A stretch of DNA of 64,000 bases from Torpedo marmorata (GCA_977017645.1 OZ360230.1:81964001-82028000); one strand, 5' to 3'; shown: positions 1 to 13,764, counted from the stretch's first letter. Numbers and translations: made by a program. The notes: a model not told the origin generated them from the letters alone.

Positions 1-3000
1 TTTAACATGTATGACCTTTGCTGATTAGTTCTACCAAAATGTAGCACCTCACATTTATCAGTATTAAACTCCCATCTGCCATGTATCAGCCCACTCTTCT
101 AACTGTCCTATATCCCTCTGCAAGCTTTGATAACCCTCTTCACTGTCCACAACACCACCAATCTTCGTATCATCTGCAAACTTACTAATCCAATTTACCA
201 ACCTATCATCTAGATCATTAATATATATGAAAAACAACAATGGACCCAGTACCGATCCCTGAGGCACTCCACTAGTCACCGGCCTCTAATTTGACAAACA
301 ATTTTCCACCACTACTCTAGCATCTCCTATCCAACCATTGTTGAATCCATTTCACTACTTCATCGTTAATACCAATGCTTGAACCTTCCTAACGAGCCAC
401 TTATGCGGAACCTTGTCAACTGCCTTACTAAAGTCCATATAGACAACATCCACAGCCTTCCCCTCGTCAACCTTCTTAGTAACCTCATCGAAAAACTCAG
501 ATTTGTTAAACATGATCTACCACGAACAAAACCGTGTTGACTACTCCTAATCAATGCTTGTCTTTCCAAATAACTGTATACACCATCTAAGAATACTCTC
601 CATTAATTTACCCACCACCGATGTCAGACTCACAGGCCTATAATTTCCAGGTTTACTTTTTGAGCCCTTTTTAAACAGCGGGACAACATGAGCTACCCTC
701 CAATCCTCCGGCACCTCCCCCGTGGCCAGTGACAATTTAAATATTTCTGTCAGAGCCCCCACTATTTGTACACTGACCTCCCTCAGGGTCCTCGGGAATA
801 TCCTGTCAGGACCTGGAGATTTATCCACCTTTATACTCTTTAAAATAGCCAATACTACCTCCTCATTAATCTTTATATTATCCATGACCTCACTACCAGA
901 TTTATTTACTTCACCTGGCTCAATATTCCTTTCCTTTGTAAATACTGAAGAAAAAAATTCATTTAAAATTTCCCCCATCTCCTCTGACTTCTCACATAGC
1001 CTACCCGTCTGATCCTCAATGGGCCCAATTTTATCCCTCACTATTCTTTTACTTTTAATGTACCTGTAGAAACCCTTTGGATTTATTTTTTACCTTGCCT
1101 GCCAAAGCAGCCTCATATCTCCTTTTAGTCTTTCTAATTTCTTTAAGATTTTTTTTTGATTTTTTTTTACACTCCTTATATTCCTCAAGGACCTCATCTA
1201 TTCTCTGCTGTCTATACCTGTTGTACACATCCCTCTTCCTCCGAACCAAATTCCCAATATCCTTTGAAAACCAAGGCTCCCTATATTTTCTAACTCTTCC
1301 TTTAATCCTCACAGGGACGAACCGACTCTGTACTCTCAAAATGTCTCCTTTGAATATCCTCCATTTATCTGTTACATCCTTCCCTGAAAATAAATGATCC
1401 CAGTCCACACCCTCTAAATCCTTTCTCATCTCCTTGAAATTTGCCTTATTCCAATCAAGAATCTCAACCTTAGGCCCAGCCCTATCCTTCTCCATTATCA
1501 ACCTAAAACTAATAGTATTATGATCACTAGACCCAAAGTGTTCCCCAACACAAACCTCTGTCACCTGACCTTTCTCGTTCCCAAATAGGAGATCCAATAC
1601 TGCCCCCTCTCTAGTCGGTTCTTCTATGTATTGATTTAGAAAACTTTCCTGAACACATTTGACAAACTCCAACCCATCCAGCCCTTTTACAGTATGGGCT
1701 TCCCAGTCAATGTGTGGAAAGTTAAAATCACCTATAATCACCACCTTATGTTTATTACACATATATGTTATCTCCTCTAATTCCCTCTGCCCATTCGGTG
1801 GTCTATAATACACTCCCATTAGTGTTTTCATGCCTTTCCCATTCCTCAATTCCACCCAAATAGCCTCACTGGACGAGCCCTCCAATCTATCCTTCCATAG
1901 CACCGCTGTAATGCTTTCTCTAACAAGCAATGCAACTCCTCCACCTTTTATCCCCCCTGTTTTATCACGCCTAAAACAGAATCCTGGAATATTTAGCTGC
2001 CAATTATGCCCCTCCTTGCAACCAAGTTTCACTGATGGCTACAATATCATATTTCCATGTATCAATCCATACTCTAAGCTCATCCACCTTTCTTCCAATG
2101 CTCCTTGCATTGAAATATATACACTTGAGAGAATGTCCCCCACATACACTCTTTTGATTACCCTCTCCTTCATTAACTTTAACATTCTGGTTCCTCTCAT
2201 CCTTCAAATCTAGGTGTTCTTCTACCCTAATCTCTGCATTCTCATTCTGATTCCCACCCCCCTGCCAAACTAGTTTAAACCCTCCCCAACAGCTCTAGCA
2301 AACCTGCCTGCCAGGATATTGGTCCCCCTCCAGTTCAAGTGCAGCCCGTCCCTTTTGTACAGGTCAGACCTACCCCAGAAGAGATCATAATGATCCACAT
2401 ATGTGAACCCCTGCCCCCAACACCAACTCTTTCGCCACGCATTCATCCTCCACATCTTCCTATTCCTACCCTCTCTAGCGCGTGGCACAGAAAGCAATCC
2501 TGAGATTACCACCATCGAGGTCCTGCTTTTTAACTTCCTTCCTAACTCCTTATATTCTTTCTTCAGGACGTCATCCCCACTTCTTTCTATGTCATTGTCC
2601 CCACGTGGACCACAACATCAGGCTGCTCGCCCTCCCCCTCCAGAATGCTGTGTACTCGATCAGAGACATCCCTGACCCTGGCACCTAGAAGTCAACATAC
2701 CAACCGGGAGCTCCGATCTCGTCCAGCAAACCTGTTCCTCTCACCAGCGAGTTCCCAATTACAAGAGCTCTCCTCTTTTCCCCCTTTCCCTTCTGAGCCG
2801 AGGGACCAGCCCCCGTGCCAGAGACCTGACCCCCGCGACTTGTCCTTGGTAGGTCGCCCCCCCAACATTTTCTAAAGCAGTGTACTTATTATTGAGTGGA
2901 ACGGCCACAGGGGTTCTCTGCACTGTCTGTCTCCACCTCCTCTCCCTTCCCTCACAGTCACCCAGTTAGCTGACTCCTGTCTATTTGGGGTGACTATCTC

Positions 3001-3620
3001 CCTGAAACTCCTTTCTATGACTACCTCTGCCTCTCTCATGATCCGAAGTTCATCCAGCTGTAACTCCAGGTCCTTAACTTGGTCTCTCAGGAGTTGCATC
3101 TGGATGCACCTTTTGCAGGTGTGGTCATCAGGAACATTTGTGCTGTCCCTGACCTCCCACATCCTGCATTCGGAACACATGACTGCCCCAACTGCCTCCA
3201 TAACCCCCTCTTAACTTCAATTAGATTAAGTAGGAATAAATTTACCTAACCGGTAGCACTTCCTCAGCCCGCCGAAGCCTCTCGAGCCAAAGCCTCAGAG
3301 CTCCACTCCTTCCCTTGGCCACTCACTCACTGGGCTGCTCCCTCAACTTCCCTTCCTGTTATAGGTCACTGCTAATTTACTCAAATACCCAATTTCTTAC
3401 TACTACTGATCACCACTTAACCTAACCCTTTGCCCTCCACGCCCTTTTTAAATTAAATTAACAATTACAATTACTCACCAAGCGCCAGTCACCAGTCGCT
3501 CCTCCCACTCCAACGCAACTGAACAGACCGAGGCCCAAAAACGCACCCTTTTTAAATTAAGTTAACAATTACAATTACTCACCAAGCTCCAGTCACCAGT
3601 CGCTCCTCCCACTCCAACGC
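1..3620 (-). mobile_element. CR1-like LINE, near-complete 5' portion with frameshifts: 5'UTR, ORF1 (Zn finger/leucine zipper + SGNH esterase), ORF2 (APE endonuclease + RT); runs off the window edge
   Basis: Minus-strand ORFs: 2872-3201 (CSECRMW...CKRC + Leu heptads), 2270-2515 (DGLHLN esterase), 2004-2207/1055-2032 (YFNARS, ISETW, GVYYRPP, GDFNFP, SDHN), 547-1041 (KSPGPD, NYRPVSLTS), 64-279 ([14 protein letters not shown]). Confidence 0.93.
3441..3620. repeat. Two direct copies (~76 bp) at the 5' end of the CR1 element
   Basis: ccctttttaaattaa(a/g)ttaacaattacaattactcaccaagc(g/t)ccagtcaccagtcgctcctcccactccaacgc at ~3442-3516 and ~3546-3620. Confidence 0.85.
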
Positions 3621-4059
3621 TGAAACAATATTAGATCGAAACTGAACTGGCGCCTTCAGTGTGGCTGTTTGCTTCCAAAGCCATTGATAACTCAAATCGC
3701 GACTGACAGGTTGTAAAGTTCAATCAGCTGCGCTTGCGCAGGAAGCCAGTTATGAATGGGCTGCCTGTTGACAGGTCGTTGACTCTACCGGCAAAGCCAG
3801 TTAGCGCGACTGTGTTAAAAGGCATTATGCATTTCGTAAGCTTGTACGTGTGCTGTCCACCCAGGAAATGGTCGGTAATTAATTCAGATGGCTTTGGAGG
3901 ATGAGATGATTAGTTTTAATTGTTTGTCTGGGATGTGCCTTTGCCTAGTAAACATGTGGCTCTGTCTGACCCCAGCTCTGAAGCTAGTGACTAGTGTGCT
4001 TAATAACGACAAATCTGTGGTTCTTCTCTCATAACTGTCATTTCTGGATAGCATAGAAA

Positions 4060-5040
4060 TACAGACTTTAACACTGCATTCTCGCTGGTATCAACTGCTA
4101 AAGCAAATGGCTTCTCACAATCAGGTGACTTAAGCACAGGTTTAGGACATAACGTCTTTCAGTTTGTCAAATGCTTCCTGACAAATGGTTGTCCACATAA
4201 ACTTTTCACTCTTCTTCAAAATATTAGTATGGGGAAGAGCAATGTCAGCAAAGTTTTTACAGAATTTCCTATAATATCCAACCATTCCTAAAAATCTCCT
4301 AACTGCTTTCTCCCCCATGGGTATAGGAAATTCAGAAATTGTCCAAACTTTAACCTGAACAGGCTCCAGTTTTCCTTGGCCAACCACAAAACCAAGATAA
4401 ATCACCTGAGCATGACAAAATTCACTTTTAGCTAAATTAACAGTAAGATTGGCTTTCAAAAGTTTATCAAACAATTTTCCTAATGCAGAGATGTGTTCTG
4501 CCCATGTGTCATTCCCTGTACCACGTCATCAATAAGCATCTGTATATTTTAAATCTTGAGTTACAGAATTCATCATCCTCTGAAATGTTCCTGGAGCATT
4601 CTTCATTCCAAATTGTAAAACATTGGATTCATATAAACCTGATGGGGTTCCAAAGGCTGAAATTTCCCTTACTGCCAATAAAAGTACATGAACACCTTCG
4701 TCCCAGTCTTTCTCATTTTCACAACAATAAGTCGTCATCATAGTTTTTAAAATCGAATAGAACCTCTCCAAAGCTCCCTGAGATTCTGGATGATATGCAG
4801 ATGAAGTAATTTGTTTGGCTCCCAATTTATGAACTATTGAAATACACCTGACATAACGTTACTCCCCTGATCTGACTGTATTTCTTTAGGCAAACCAAAC
4901 GAAGTGAAAAATTTTACTTGAGCCCCAGACACAGATTTTGCTTCAGGAAACCTGGAAACGGCACACATAATAGTCAACAGATATTCATTTCCAGCTTTTA
5001 TTTTGGGGATGGACCAACACAATCCACAATAACTTTAGAA
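4060..5040 (-). mobile_element. Gmr1-type Gypsy LTR retrotransposon, 3' fragment: integrase core, deleted RT, start of RNase H (degenerate)
   Basis: KEIQSDQGSN and SAYHPESQGALER (integrase), FGMKNAPGTFQRMMN and VNLAKSEF/YLGFVVG/RRFLGMVGYYRKF (RT), PFALAVD (RNase H). Confidence 0.88.
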
Positions 5041-6748
5041 GCGAGAGACAGAGACAGATACACGCCAGCTATGGCAGGGAGTGCAGGCCATTACAGCCTA
5101 CAAAGCGAGGGCGAACACTGTAGACGGCTGTGATGCTTCACTACCCGATGAGCTGAACATCTTTTATGCCCGCTTTGAGAAGAAGAACAAAACAGCGCCT
5201 ACTAGAATCCCTGAAAAGGCTGAGGACCCTGTGATATCTGTCTCTGAGGGCGACGTCAGAACATCATTCAAGAGGGTGAACCCTTGCAAGGCGTCAGGCC
5301 CTGACGGCGTACCTGGCAGGGTACTGAAAATCTGCGCCAACCAACGAGCCGGAGTGTTCACGGACATTTTCAACCTCTCATTGCGGCAGTCAGAGGTTCC
5401 CACCTGCTTCAAAAGGGCATCAATCATCCCGGTACCCAAGAAGAGTAGTGTGGGCTGCCTCAACGACTACCGCCCAGTAGCACTAACTTCTACTGTGATG
5501 AAATGCTTTGAGAGGCTAGTCATGGCCAGAATTAACACATACCTAAGCAAAGATCTGGACCCACTGCAATTCACCTATCGTCACAATCGCTCCACAGCAG
5601 ATGCAATATCGCTGGCTCTCCACTCAGCTCTGGATCACCTCGAAAACAGCAATTCATACATACGGCTGCTCTTCATCGACTACAGCTCGGCCTTCAATAC
5701 CATTATTCCCTCAGTGCTGGTCAAGAAGCTACAAACTCTAGGCCTCTGTACCCGCCTCTGCAACTGGATCCTTGACTTTCTCATCGGAAGACCACAGTCA
5801 GTACGAATTGGAAACAATGTCTCCTCCTCACTGATTATCAACACAGGCGCACCCCAAGGATGCGTGCTTAGTCCACTGCTCTACTCGTTATACAACCATG
5901 ACTGTGTGGCCAGGCACAATTCCAATGCCATCTACAAGTTTGCCGATGACACCACAGTTGTCGGCAGAATCACAATCGGCAATGAGGAAGCGTACAGGAG
6001 GGAGATAGATCAACTCATTGAATGGTGTAATGGCAACAATCTTGAGCTCAACGTCAGCAAAACCAAGGAGATGATTGTGGACTTCAGGAGGAAGTCAGGG
6101 GAACATGACCCAGTCCTCATCGAGGGCTCAGTAGTGGAGAGGGTCAAGAACTTCAAATTCCTGGGTGTCAACATCTCCGAGGATCTGTCCTGGAGCATCC
6201 ACATTGATGCAATCACAAAGAAGGCTCGTCAGCGGCTATACTTTGTGAGGTGTCTGCGGAGATTCGGTATGTCACCAAAGACTCTCGTAAACTTCTACAG
6301 GTGTACCGTGGAGAGCATTCTGGCTGGTTGCATCACTGCCTGGTATGGAGGCGCCAACTCCCAGGACAAGAGTAAACTCCAGAGGGTTGTTAACTCGGCC
6401 TGTGACATCACAGGCACCAAACTTCACTCCATTGAGGACATCTACATGAGGCGGTGTCTTAAAAAAGCAGCCTCTATCCTCAAAGACCCCCACCACCCAG
6501 GCCATGCCCTCTTCACTCTGCTTCCATCGGGAAAAAGGTACAGGAGCCTAAAGACGAGCACTCAACGGCACAAGGACAGCTTCTTCCCCGCTGCCATCAG
6601 ATTCCTGAATAATCAATGAACCAAAGACACTGCCTTACTTTTCGTGCACTATTGTTTATAATTTTTTATAGTAATGTTGTAAGATGGTTAATATGAATGT
6701 TAATTGCACTATGATGCTGCTGCAAAATACCGAATTTCATGACTTGTT
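5041..6748 (+). mobile_element. Rex1/Babar LINE, 5'-truncated, open RT ORF 5081-6619; its last ~40 nt lie at 8553-8591 beyond an L1 insertion
   Basis: [54 protein letters not shown]; 3' tail tcatgacttgttcatgacaataaattctgattctga. Confidence 0.95.
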
Positions 6749-8552
6749 TTTTTTTTTTGTTTGTTTTTTTTAATATTTTATTTAAATTTTTAAATCACAG
6801 ATTACATAAAATAATTTTGCATATAATTCTTAAAAAATACATGTGATTACATTTTCTCCCCCCCTCATCCCACCCTCCCCTCCCTAACCCCTATACCCCC
6901 CTAATCTAAAATTTATATAAAATAATAATAGTAAAGATAAAAGAAAAAGTAAAGATAGAAAGATAGAGCGAGGAGTCAATAAGCTTAAAAAAAAAACCAA
7001 AAAACACTAATATATCTTAGAGGTTGTTTCGCCGGTAGGTCTAATATCCAGAGAATTCACAATGTTAAACCCATAATCCTCGTATATGGGCCCCAAATTT
7101 TTAAAAAAGAATGATATTTATTTCGTAAATTGTAGGTAATTTTTTCCAATGGTATACATGACCGTAACTCTGCATGCCATCGTTCTAAATTTAAATCAAC
7201 ATCCGATTTCCAAGTAATAGCTATACATTTTTTTGAAATTGCTAATATTATACGTAAAAATTCTACTTGATACATATTCAATTTATGTCTAATACTAAAT
7301 TTTTTAATGTCTCCAAATAAAAATAACATAGGATCCATTGCAATTTCAACATTAAAAACTCTTTCTAAAAAATTCTTAACTTTCAACCAAAATTCTTGAA
7401 TCTTTGAACATGACCATGTACAATGTACAAAAGATCCTATTTCAGTTTTACATCTGAAACACGTATCTGATAACGCTGGGTTAAATTTCTTCAATTTTCT
7501 AGGTGTCAAATACAATTGATGAAAAAAATTATATTGTACTAATCTATATCTCACATTGATAACTTTTGTCATACTTAGTTTACATAAATCTTTCCAATGT
7601 TTTTCATCTATATTAACATTCAAATCAAACTCCCATTTCAGTCTAGACTTATGCTCTCCTACCTTAGACATCTTTCTTTGAAACAACTTATACATTTGTG
7701 ATATAAATTTATTAACATTAACTTTGGTAATTAATAACTCCAATTCACTTTGTCTTAATACTGTTAATTCATTCCCTAGTCTTTCAATCAAAAAAGCTCT
7801 GACTTGAAAATAAACTAACATTGTATTATCTAATATATTAAATTTTTCCTTTAACCTCTGAAAAGTAACAAATTTACCTGCTTCAAAACAATCTTTTAAT
7901 GTCTTAACTCCCTTTAAAAACCATAACTTGAGTAATTGATTATCCATAGAAAATGGTAAAAGTGGATTCTGATATATTGGTGTATTTAAAGAAATTAATC
8001 CTTTTTGACCTATCTCCTTATCTACTTGCGACCAAATTTCCAACAAATGTTTAATAATTGGTGTTTTTTTCTTTTTAAGTAATATTAATTTCGGATTCCA
8101 TTTATAAATAATATCTTCTTTATGTATTTCTCCCATATTATTCAATTCTATATTAATCCAAGCAGACGTTTTATCCAAATCAAAAAATTCATTAATAAAT
8201 TTTAACTGAGCTACTTTATAATAATGTTGAAAATTAGGAAGTTGTAATCCTCCCATTTCATACTTCCATGTTAATTTATCTATACTTACTCTTGCTAACT
8301 TTCCTTTCCATAGAAATTTCCTAACAATAAATTTTAAATCTTTAAAAAATTTATTTGGAATACCATAAGGAATCGATTGAAAAAGATATTGAATTCTTGG
8401 AAAAACATTCATTTTAATACAATTTACTCTTCCCATCAACGTTATAGGTAAGTCTTTCCAAAGCTCTAAATCTTTTTTTATTTTAATAAATAAAGGTGTA
8501 TAATTTAATTTATACAAATTTTCCAAATTTGTATCTACTTTAACTCCCAAAT
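6749..8552 (-). mobile_element. L1-clade LINE, 5'-truncated (C-terminal ORF2 + 3'UTR + polyA)
   Basis: ORF 7057-8559 with KYLGV, GRVNCIKM, GGLQLP and CFRC...HCTWSC; T-tract at ~6747; 15-bp TSD atttcatgacttgtt at 6734-6748 and 8553-8567. Confidence 0.95.
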
Positions 8553-8591
8553 ATTTCATGACTTGTTCATGACAATAAATTCTGATTCTGA

Positions 8592-10707
8592 AAAAGGTTC
8601 TCTAAAAACAGGAATAGGTTTTAAAGGAGCAACTGGTAGACCCTGATTAGGTTTCCACACAACTTGACAAGTGTGACAGGTCTTACAAAATGTCTTAACA
8701 TCTTTCCTTAAATTAGGCCAATAAAATTGTTTCATAATTTTTTTGGTAGTTTTCTTTACCCCAAGGTGCCCACCTAAGGGTGTTCTATGGGCCATGTTTA
8801 AAATCTCATCTCTATAGGCTTCAGGAACTACAACCTGGTGAACAACTGCCCACTCTTCTTTAGCAGGAATCTCAAGTGACCTCCATTTTCTCATCAATGT
8901 ACCTTCTTTGAAATAATAACCAACTGGCACTTTTTAATTTCCTCATCAGAGAATGCTTCATCCCTAACTTCAGCAAGATCAATATTTTCATTTTGTTTTT
9001 CGATTAATTTTGCTCTGGATAGTGACAAATCCTTTTCCAGCTGCTGTTCACTGTCACAGACTTCCAACCCTTTTAAATCATTTTGTACATCACTGTTTTC
9101 ACTGGCAAGCTTTCTCGCCATCGCCCTTGTCACTGCACACGCTGGGTATATATCTAAATCTGACTCTGTTTCACCAATGACTGGTTTATCTGTTAATTTC
9201 ACTGCAGGGATAACTTTACCCTCTGCCAAATCATTCCCTAATAACAAGGAAATACCATCCACTGGTAAACTTGATCTGATGCCTATTTTAACAGGTCCAT
9301 TAACTAATTCTGATTTCAACATTATCTTGTGCAAAGGTATCGCCTCCGCATCACTTCCATAACCTTTAATCAAATTTATTTCGCCTGTGGCAGTCTTATC
9401 ACTAAACTCCAAAACATTGGCTAAAACAAGTGACTGAGCTGCCCCAGTATCTGAGTATTTTTACTGTTACCTGTGGTGATCCTTCCTCTAATGAAACTTT
9501 ACCCTCTGAAACAAAATATTTAAAATTCCTTCCTAATTTTACCAGCAAACCCTTTATTACTTCCCTGTGTTTCACCTCTTTGAATACAAGCATCTGGTAC
9601 GGTTTCCTGTTCCCTTTTCCTCTTCAAGAAAAAACAATTCGCTACCACATGACCAGTTTTCTTACAATAATTACAAAATTGACCAGAAAATATTTCCTTT
9701 TCTGGCTTCTGTATAAACTCCTCTTGAGACCACAACAAGTCATTACTTTCGGGTTTAAAATCAGATTTCTGATCTAACAAATAAACATTCAAGTCATCAT
9801 AGCCTGTTTGTTTTTGCATTTGACAGCCTGTTTGTTTTATCTGACAGCCTGCTTGTTTCTGTGCCGGTTGCTTTAAATCAATCTGTCCAGTTCTTTTTCC
9901 ACTGGCAAAGCTTTTAGACACAGCTTTTAAATCAGGTTGTACTGCACTTTCGCTGGCAATAATTCCCCATTTAGTTCCAAACTTATTTGGGTACAGTATT
10001 TCAAATCACCTTTTTGAATAGATTTGTTGGGCACAAATTTCACATTGTGATTCTTATCTGCAAATGTAAGAATTTTGACCCTTTTGAAGAGTTTCACGGC
10101 TTTAATTTAAGATCTGGATTTAAAACATAACCATCTGAAAACTTAACAGAATTTTTCCAATCTTCCCTTTTTCTCTCAACCTCCCTTTCTATCTCTTGTC
10201 TCCTTTGTCTAAGCTTCCCTAATTCTAGCTCAAACTGCCTCTGTTCTCTTTTTTCCTCTAATGTAAATTTTTCTATCTCTAGCTCATGCTGTCTATCAAT
10301 TTTATATTTTTCTAACTCCATCTCTCTCAGCTGTAACTGCTGCTCAAGAGATTTACTCTCAGGAAGTTGTTTTAACACCTCCTCATCAAAAATCCTCTCT
10401 TTTACATAGTAGTCACTCAAAATTCTTTGGATCTCAATTTTCCTCATCCACGCTTTTATCCCTGTAAATTTCAACTCTTTAGCGATAAGCAACAACTCCT
10501 CCTTTTTCGCCCCCTTCAAATCTGCAAAGCTTGGCGATGCCAAAACGTTTTCAATTTCCATTTCTGTTGTTTATCCACACACACTATAAGCCTTTTAATT
10601 GACTTTCAAAAAGAGTTTTAACCAAACAAATTGAATATTAATTGATCAAATAAACTCTCATTAAGCTCAGATTTTTGGTTCTATCCCAGACACAAGCCCC
10701 CAATTTA
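8592..10707 (-). mobile_element. Gmr1-type Gypsy internal region: gag (CCHC knuckle), protease, integrase HHCC domain
   Basis: CNYCKKTGHVVANC (9520-9921); frameshifted KIL-RDTGAAQ protease motif near 9440-9460; LLLGNDLA; HRTPLGGHLGVKKT...CKTCHTC (8592-8930). Confidence 0.9.
10683..10702 (-). promoter_or_regulatory. Primer-binding site, degenerate tRNA-Pro type
   Basis: Minus strand TGGGGGCTTGTGTCTGGGAT vs canonical tRNA-Pro PBS TGGGGGCTCGTCCGGGAT, 5 nt after the LTR end TAACA. Confidence 0.8.
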
Positions 10708-11732
10708 TGTTACGAACTAACAAGCCCTTGCTAGCACTAACACAGGAACAGCAATGGAAGAGGCAGTCAGTGGGAAATTGAAAATAATAGTTTTTATTAA
10801 ACTACTAATCACATAACATTTCTTACTTAACTCTAAACTTACTTAACTCTAAGCTTAACCCCACTATGCACAAATGTAATTGTGTAAGTGTATATGTGGT
10901 CAGATTTCAAACCATTACAGTTTAAAACTCAATTCTGGAAAGTCAATTTTAAAGTCCAGTATTTTAATGTCTTGTTGAACTTGAAGGACTGATAAATTGT
11001 AGTTCAGAAGTGATTACGAAGCAAATGCGAAGCATCAAGTTCTTTTGAATTGTTGCTTAAAAGCAGTAATGAAGTATTTGTTAACATTGATTCAGTCCTT
11101 AGACTTTTCAAATCACAAATCTTGTTGAGCTGTTTTCCAGGAAGAGATTTCTTCTTAAACTCTCACACTGGTGATCTTCAACTCCTCTTATCTTAAGAGT
11201 TATGGAGTTTCTTTCCACGATGAGACTGCACCCTTTATTTTCAAAAGAGCAGTCGGGAAGTGGTCTTCCTTTCGAAATCCACTTATTTCTGTATTCCCCT
11301 TTTATTAGGAGTAACACATAACAGCACCTGTTCCGGTTACTGTAATTCCACTCTGTCTTTTACAAGGGTCCAACTCCTGTGTTGTCCCACAGGGTCTCGA
11401 CTTCTGAACTGACTCAAAATGTCTGAATTTGACAATATATTCCTCAAAATCATGTGACATTACATCATCAATGAGATCAGTCTCAATTCCTGGAAACCAT
11501 GTGACCACTTACTGGAATCTTTACAGTTGCCAGCTCCAGTTTCTTGGAAACCATGTGACCTTCATAACTGTTTTGCAGACATCACAATTCCGAAAGATGA
11601 CCCCACTTCTGCATGTATTGTATGGGTGTGTGTGTAACCCTGTTCCAAACCCATTACATTAACTAAAGCATATTTATAGGAAATATAGCTTAACATTAAC
11701 CTAAATATTAATATTAAAACAGATCCATTACA
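10708..11732 (-). mobile_element. 5' LTR of the Gmr1-type element
   Basis: Minus strand TGTAA...TAACA termini, AATAAA near the 3' end (tttatt ~10793), adjacent PBS; the outer boundary is inferred. Confidence 0.7.
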
Positions 11733-12029
11733 ACAGTCATTCAAAGTTTTGGTCTGATCATTCTCAGCCAAATGGTAGCGTGACCAAATTCCTTGAATTA
11801 ATGCAATGATATTCTGAAAATGTGCTTCTCATCACTTTTTCCTACTTGGTTGAACCTGCAAAGCACTACAAATCTTCTGGAATTCAAAATTTAAATTTCC
11901 ACTGATCTAGAATAAATACATTGAAAAATAAAGAAATTTATTGTCATTGAAGATGTACCGCATTCAGTCAAATTAAATTCATTTAATTGCAGAAAGCTTA
12001 AGTATTTGTCAGCTCGTTGAGTGGTGTCA

Positions 12030-12743
12030 CGCCTTGCGCTCATCGTTAGCAAAACCAAGGAGATGATTGTGGACTTCAGGAGGAAGTCAGGGGAACACGA
12101 CCCAGTCCTCATCGAGGGCTCAGTGGTGGAGAGGGTCAAGAACTTCAAATTCCTGGGGGTCAACATCTCCGAGGATCTGTCCTGGAGCCTCCATGTCGAT
12201 GCAATCACGAAGAAGGCTCGCCAGCGGCTATACTTGGTGAGGTGTTTGAGGAGATTCGGTGTGTCACCAAAGACTCTCGAAAACTTCTACGGGTGTACCG
12301 TGGAGAACATTCTGGCTGGTTGCATCACTGTCTGGTATGGAGGCGCCAACTCTCAGGACAAGAAAAAACTCCAGAGGGTTGTTAACTCGGCCTGCGAATT
12401 CACAGGCAGCAGACTTCACTCCATCGATGACATCTACAAGAGGCGGTGTCTTAAAAAAACAGCCTCTCTCCTCAAAGATCCCCACCACCCAGGTCATGCC
12501 CTCTTCACTCTGCTACCATTGGGGAAAAAGGTACAGGAGCCTAAAGACGAGCACTCAGCAGCACAAGGACAGCTTCTTTCCCACTGCCATCAGATCCTGA
12601 ATAATCAATGAACCAAAGACACTGCCTTACTTTTCGTGCACTTTTTAAAAAAATTATTGTCAGGTGGTTTATATGAATGTTTGCACTATGATGCTGCTGC
12701 AAAACACCGAATTTCGTGACTTGTTCATGACAATAAATTCTGA
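12030..12743 (+). mobile_element. Rex1/Babar LINE 3' fragment
   Basis: [28 protein letters not shown]; ends gacaataaattctga; near-identical to 6040-6748. Confidence 0.93.
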
Positions 12744-13110
12744 ATATTTTGTGTAATAATAATAATGCAACAATGTGCAGGAAGACTGTAATCACGTATT
12801 CATCAAGGATTTTGACATATCAGGAGCGGATGATTAGAATATAAATTGAAAGAAAAGCAAGTAGTATAGTGTGATACATGACTCAATGGGTCAAGCAGCA
12901 TCTATGGAGGCAAAGGGATGATTCACCTTTCAGGTTGGCTTGACCTGCTCAGTTCTTCCAGAAGCTTATATTTTGCTTCAGATTCCAGCATCTGCTGTCT
13001 CTTGTTTCCTGGTGATAAATGATTACTTTCTCTATGGATGAATACCTTCACTTAACTTTGGTACGGCTGAATGGTAAGTCTCAACCAGTATCTGGGGTCT
13101 CCATAAGACT

Positions 13111-13764
13111 TGTGTTTGGAAAGTATCAGGTTCGGTGGGTTCACAGAGAGACGAGTCTGGACACAAGTGTTACTATCAAATGTAACTTTACTGAACACAC
13201 AGGAAACGAACAAGGGAAGACGTCAAACGATACTTACTCTACTACTAAATAACTATATAGACATTCACATCAGACCCAGGTTGGACTCCAATACCAGTGG
13301 CTGCCTATCTTCTACACGCTCCCGTACGTGTACCCACTTCACAGACAGGGACTTTCAAACACACTCCCGATTCCCTGTACCAATGGGAGTGCGGCTCACT
13401 GCAAGCACTGATCTATTGCAGTACTACGGCTCAACTTAAGTGTAGTGCACACCTTACCCACGACTCCTCCAGTGATGTCCACAGTAGCGACCTGGCATGG
13501 AGTGATGTTGGGGACCTGGACCAAGAGGCAGAGAGAAACATGTGGTGTGCATTGATGTTTTATACTGTTCTGAGCTGGGCGTCTGGCCAATGATGACACT
13601 GAGTCATTTAAATGAGCCAACAGTAAGGTGTGCACTAATGGGTGGCTGGAGTTCAACCTTGATTGGCAGGTGATGCTACTTCCGAATAAGTTTCATACAG
13701 GGAGATCACGTGACCATCCACAATGCTCCAGACAGGGAGGCCATGTGTTCCTCCACAATCTACA
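13111..13764 (-). mobile_element. Solo-LTR-like sequence related to the LTR at 59680-61262
   Basis: Shared blocks gttcggtgggttca, gagtctggacaca, cgactcctccagtg-tgtccacagt, aaccttgattggcaggtgatg, ctccacaatc; TG...CA ends; no TSD found. Confidence 0.7.

Noticed and set aside
3725-3745. NRF1-like site tgcgcttgcgca suggesting a promoter
   Set aside because: It is an isolated motif between two TEs with no exon or other support.
5081-6619. Autonomous Rex1 element
   Set aside because: The RT ORF is open but lacks the endonuclease and 5' end, and its 3' tail is disrupted by an L1.
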